Sequence record: DRR723986_6336
Length of the DNA: 61,228 nucleotides
Direction: 5' to 3' (one strand)
The translations under genes and the position numbers were made by a program. Positions 58,943 to 61,228 of this stretch are shown one piece after another. The stretch's first letter is position 1. Every line of letters starts with the position of its first letter. The notes under the pieces were generated by a model, which did no database searches, had not been told where the DNA came from, and was given only the letters and a program-made list of their open reading frames with translations.

Positions 58943-59491
58943 ATGACAGCATTGCGCGTGTACCGCGACGATAACAGCGACGACATCGTTACCCAAAGCA
59001 CTGACGCTGCCGAGATTCAACACCAGCTCGCCGCACTCGGCGTGCGCTTTGAACAGTGGCGCACGCGCAGCGAGGTCAAAGCCGGTGATGATGCCGAGAC
59101 GGTGTTAAAAACGTATCAAGCCGAGGTAGACGCCCTGGTTGCGCAACAGGGCTACCAGAGCGTCGACGTTATCAGTCTTGATAACAGCCACCCCGACAAG
59201 GCTGCCCTGCGCGAGAAATTTTTATCCGAGCACTGCCACAGCGAAGACGAGGTGCGCTTCTTTGCCGACGGTTGCGGCCTGTTTGCACTGCATATTGGGG
59301 CCATGGTCTACGAAGTGCTTTGCGAGCGTGGCGACCTGATTAGCGTCCCGGCAAACACCCCACACTGGTTTGACCTGGGACCCACTCCGGCATTGCTCGC
59401 GATTCGATTTTTTAATAATCCCGACGGCTGGGTGGCACACTACACCGGTAGCGATATTGCCCAGCGTTACTCTCGCCTGGACACACTATGA
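58943..59491 (+). CDS. mtnD: Acireductone dioxygenase
   Basis: KFLSEHCHSEDEVRFF; VPANTPHWFD. Confidence 0.95.
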   Translation: MTALRVYRDDNSDDIVTQSTDAAEIQHQLAALGVRFEQWRTRSEVKAGDDAETVLKTYQAEVDALVAQQGYQSVDVISLDNSHPDKAALREKFLSEHCHSEDEVRFFADGCGLFALHIGAMVYEVLCERGDLISVPANTPHWFDLGPTPALLAIRFFNNPDGWVAHYTGSDIAQRYSRLDTL

Positions 59492-60168
59492 TCAAGGCTA
59501 TTGTCACCGACATCGAAGGCACAACCAGCGCCATCGACTTCGTTACCCAAGTGCTGTTCCCTTACGCCCGCAAACATCTGGGTGACTTTGTCGTCGCGCA
59601 CCATCGCGAGCCGAAAGTCAGCGGAATACTTAAAGAAACCGCCCGCATTGCCAAACTCAATGCAGATGACCACTCGGCCATCATCCGTGTTCTGGAGCAA
59701 TGGATAGATGAAGACCGAAAAATAACACCTCTGAAAAGCTTACAGGGCCTAATCTGGGAGCACGGCTATGCGAATGGCGACTTCCGCGCCCATGTCTACA
59801 ACGACGCTGTCGCCGCCCTGACGCAGTGGCATAAACAAGGCATCGCCCTCTATGTTTACAGCTCGGGCTCGATCCTCGCTCAGAAACTTTTTTTCGGGCA
59901 CAGCGAGGCAGGTGACCTTCGCAAGCTGTTCAGTGACTACTTCGACACGACCACCGGCCCCAAACGCGATGCCGCCTCCTACCGGGAAATCAGCCGCGCA
60001 CTGGACATACCAGCCACGCAAACGCTCTTTTTGTCCGACATTGTTGAAGAGCTCGACGCCGCCGCCCAAGCGGGCATGCGCACGGTCTGGGTTCAGCGCA
60101 GCGGTGACCTTGTCGGTCACGCAACACATCAGTGCGTTAGCCACTTTGGCCAAATCCAGTTGAATTAA
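59488..60168 (+). CDS. mtnC: Enolase-phosphatase E1
   Basis: DIEGTT; LFPYA; KSLQGLIW; YSSGS; FLSDIVEELDAA. Confidence 0.95.
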   Translation: MIKAIVTDIEGTTSAIDFVTQVLFPYARKHLGDFVVAHHREPKVSGILKETARIAKLNADDHSAIIRVLEQWIDEDRKITPLKSLQGLIWEHGYANGDFRAHVYNDAVAALTQWHKQGIALYVYSSGSILAQKLFFGHSEAGDLRKLFSDYFDTTTGPKRDAASYREISRALDIPATQTLFLSDIVEELDAAAQAGMRTVWVQRSGDLVGHATHQCVSHFGQIQLN

Positions 60169-60261
60169 GGCTAGGTCCCTCGCCGCCGCTTGCGAACAAG
60201 CCGCGGCTCCCTTCCCCCCTTTTGCTCAGTTCGTTACAGCGCAGCGAAAAAGTGACACAAA

Positions 60262-60293
60262 ACGTTGACGTTAACGTAAACGTAATCTATAAC
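60262..60293 (+). promoter_or_regulatory. LiuR operator overlapping a sigma-70 promoter
   Basis: TTGACGTTAACGTAAA (60265-60280) fits the LiuR palindrome; -35 TTGACG, 17-nt spacer, -10 TATAAC. Confidence 0.82.
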
Positions 60294-60323
60294 ATGCAAC
60301 ACAACCGCCTGAACCCATTCAAA

Positions 60324-60731
60324 ATGACGCAACAGTACAGCATCTCCGACCTCGCCTCGGAGTTTGACATTACCACCCGCAGTATTCGCTTCTACGAAGA
60401 GAAGGGACTCCTGCGCCCCATACGCAGGGGTCAAACGCGAGTGTATAGCAGCGCTGACCGCACCAAGCTGAAACTGATTCTGCGCGGTAAACGGCTAGGC
60501 CTGTCACTGGAGGAGAGCCGCGACATTATTGAAATGTACGCCCCCCAGCGCGACAACAGCCCGCAGCTGCAAAGACTGATCGACAAAATTCGAGAAAAGC
60601 GCCAGCAGCTAGAGCAACAACTCAACGATATTCAAACCCTATTACAAGAACTCGATGCCGCAGAGACGCGATGCCTTGACGCTTTAGACAACGCCTCGCC
60701 TGACCAGAGCATCACTGCTAAGGAGCCCTGA
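60324..60731 (+). CDS. liuR: MerR-family regulator LiuR
   Basis: [40 protein letters not shown]; lies upstream of ivd. Confidence 0.88.
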   Translation: MTQQYSISDLASEFDITTRSIRFYEEKGLLRPIRRGQTRVYSSADRTKLKLILRGKRLGLSLEESRDIIEMYAPQRDNSPQLQRLIDKIREKRQQLEQQLNDIQTLLQELDAAETRCLDALDNASPDQSITAKEP

Positions 60732-60732
60732 T

Positions 60733-61228
60733 ATGAGCACCGCCTACCCCAGCCTTAACTTCGACCTCGGCGAAGACATCGATATGCTCCGTGAAACGGT
60801 TTATCGCTTTGCACAGGCCGAAATTGCCCCGCGGGCAGAGAGCATAGACAAGGACAACCAGTTCCCCTTGGACCTGTGGCGTAAATTCGGCGACCTCGGC
60901 CTGCTGGGTATCACCGTCAGCGAAGAATACGGCGGCAGCGATATGGGCTACTTGGCGCACGTTGTGGCGATGGAAGAGATCAGCCGCGCCTCGGCCTCTG
61001 TGGGCTTGTCCTACGGCGCGCATTCCAATTTGTGCGTAAACCAGATCTTTAAAAACGGCAACGCGGCACAGCGCGAGAAGTATCTGCCCAAGCTATGCAG
61101 CGGCGAGCATATCGGCGCGCTGGCGATGTCAGAACCCAACGCCGGCTCGGATGTGGTGAGCATGAAACTGCGGGCAGAGAAAAAAGGTGACCGCTATATC
61201 CTCAACGGCAACAAAATGTGGATCACCA
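60733..61228 (+). CDS. ivd: Isovaleryl-CoA dehydrogenase (5' part; runs off the window)
   Basis: Hand translation: [20 protein letters not shown]...[25 protein letters not shown]...[14 protein letters not shown]. Confidence 0.92.
   Translation, partial: MSTAYPSLNFDLGEDIDMLRETVYRFAQAEIAPRAESIDKDNQFPLDLWRKFGDLGLLGITVSEEYGGSDMGYLAHVVAMEEISRASASVGLSYGAHSNLCVNQIFKNGNAAQREKYLPKLCSGEHIGALAMSEPNAGSDVVSMKLRAEKKGDRYILNGNKMWIT

Noticed and set aside
60718-61023. 101-aa minus-strand ORF
   Set aside because: Antisense to ivd, which the ORF track omits because it runs off the window.

Overview
A 61-kb, densely coding chromosomal segment from a gammaproteobacterium, probably marine and Cellvibrionales/Pseudomonadales-like (inferred from gene content and synteny only). 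I found no rRNA, tRNA, IS, integrase or CRISPR array. Left to right: msrQ-msrP-pssA; divergent ilvY/ilvC (long class II KARI) with recognisable IlvY operators; a soluble 4xPAS chemoreceptor; a HI0933 flavoprotein, DUF2058, recQ and an acyltransferase; a TetR-controlled BVMO-SDR-esterase-SDR module; SIMPL, rnk and lipocalin genes; an atypical Mrp-like operon (E-F-G-B-C-D-D-x-D, no canonical mrpA, probable ATA start on mrpB); a fatty acyl-CoA reductase, yqjG and arfB. Next comes a ~16-kb chemosensory/c-di-GMP block (32.0-48.1 kb) containing ComFB, cheB, a 4-PAS Aer2-type receptor, cheR, ybaN, a CheX-like protein, a second CheY, HDOD, cheD, a CheZ-like protein, STAS, cheW, cheA and cheY. Divergent from it are an unannotated 55-aa two-TM sORF coupled to a histidine kinase that has an Hpt but no receiver, then a REC-GGDEF cyclase. 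The window ends with a hydrolase, a TonB receptor, rpoE-chrR (ECF11, with its promoter), cysK-lemA-GIDE/EF-hand-tetR, mtnABDC and liuR-ivd (truncated). The best candidates for an undescribed system are the chemosensory/c-di-GMP block, the three-channel Mrp-like complex and the LemA-GIDE pair. All family calls come from motifs recognised by eye; no database search was run.
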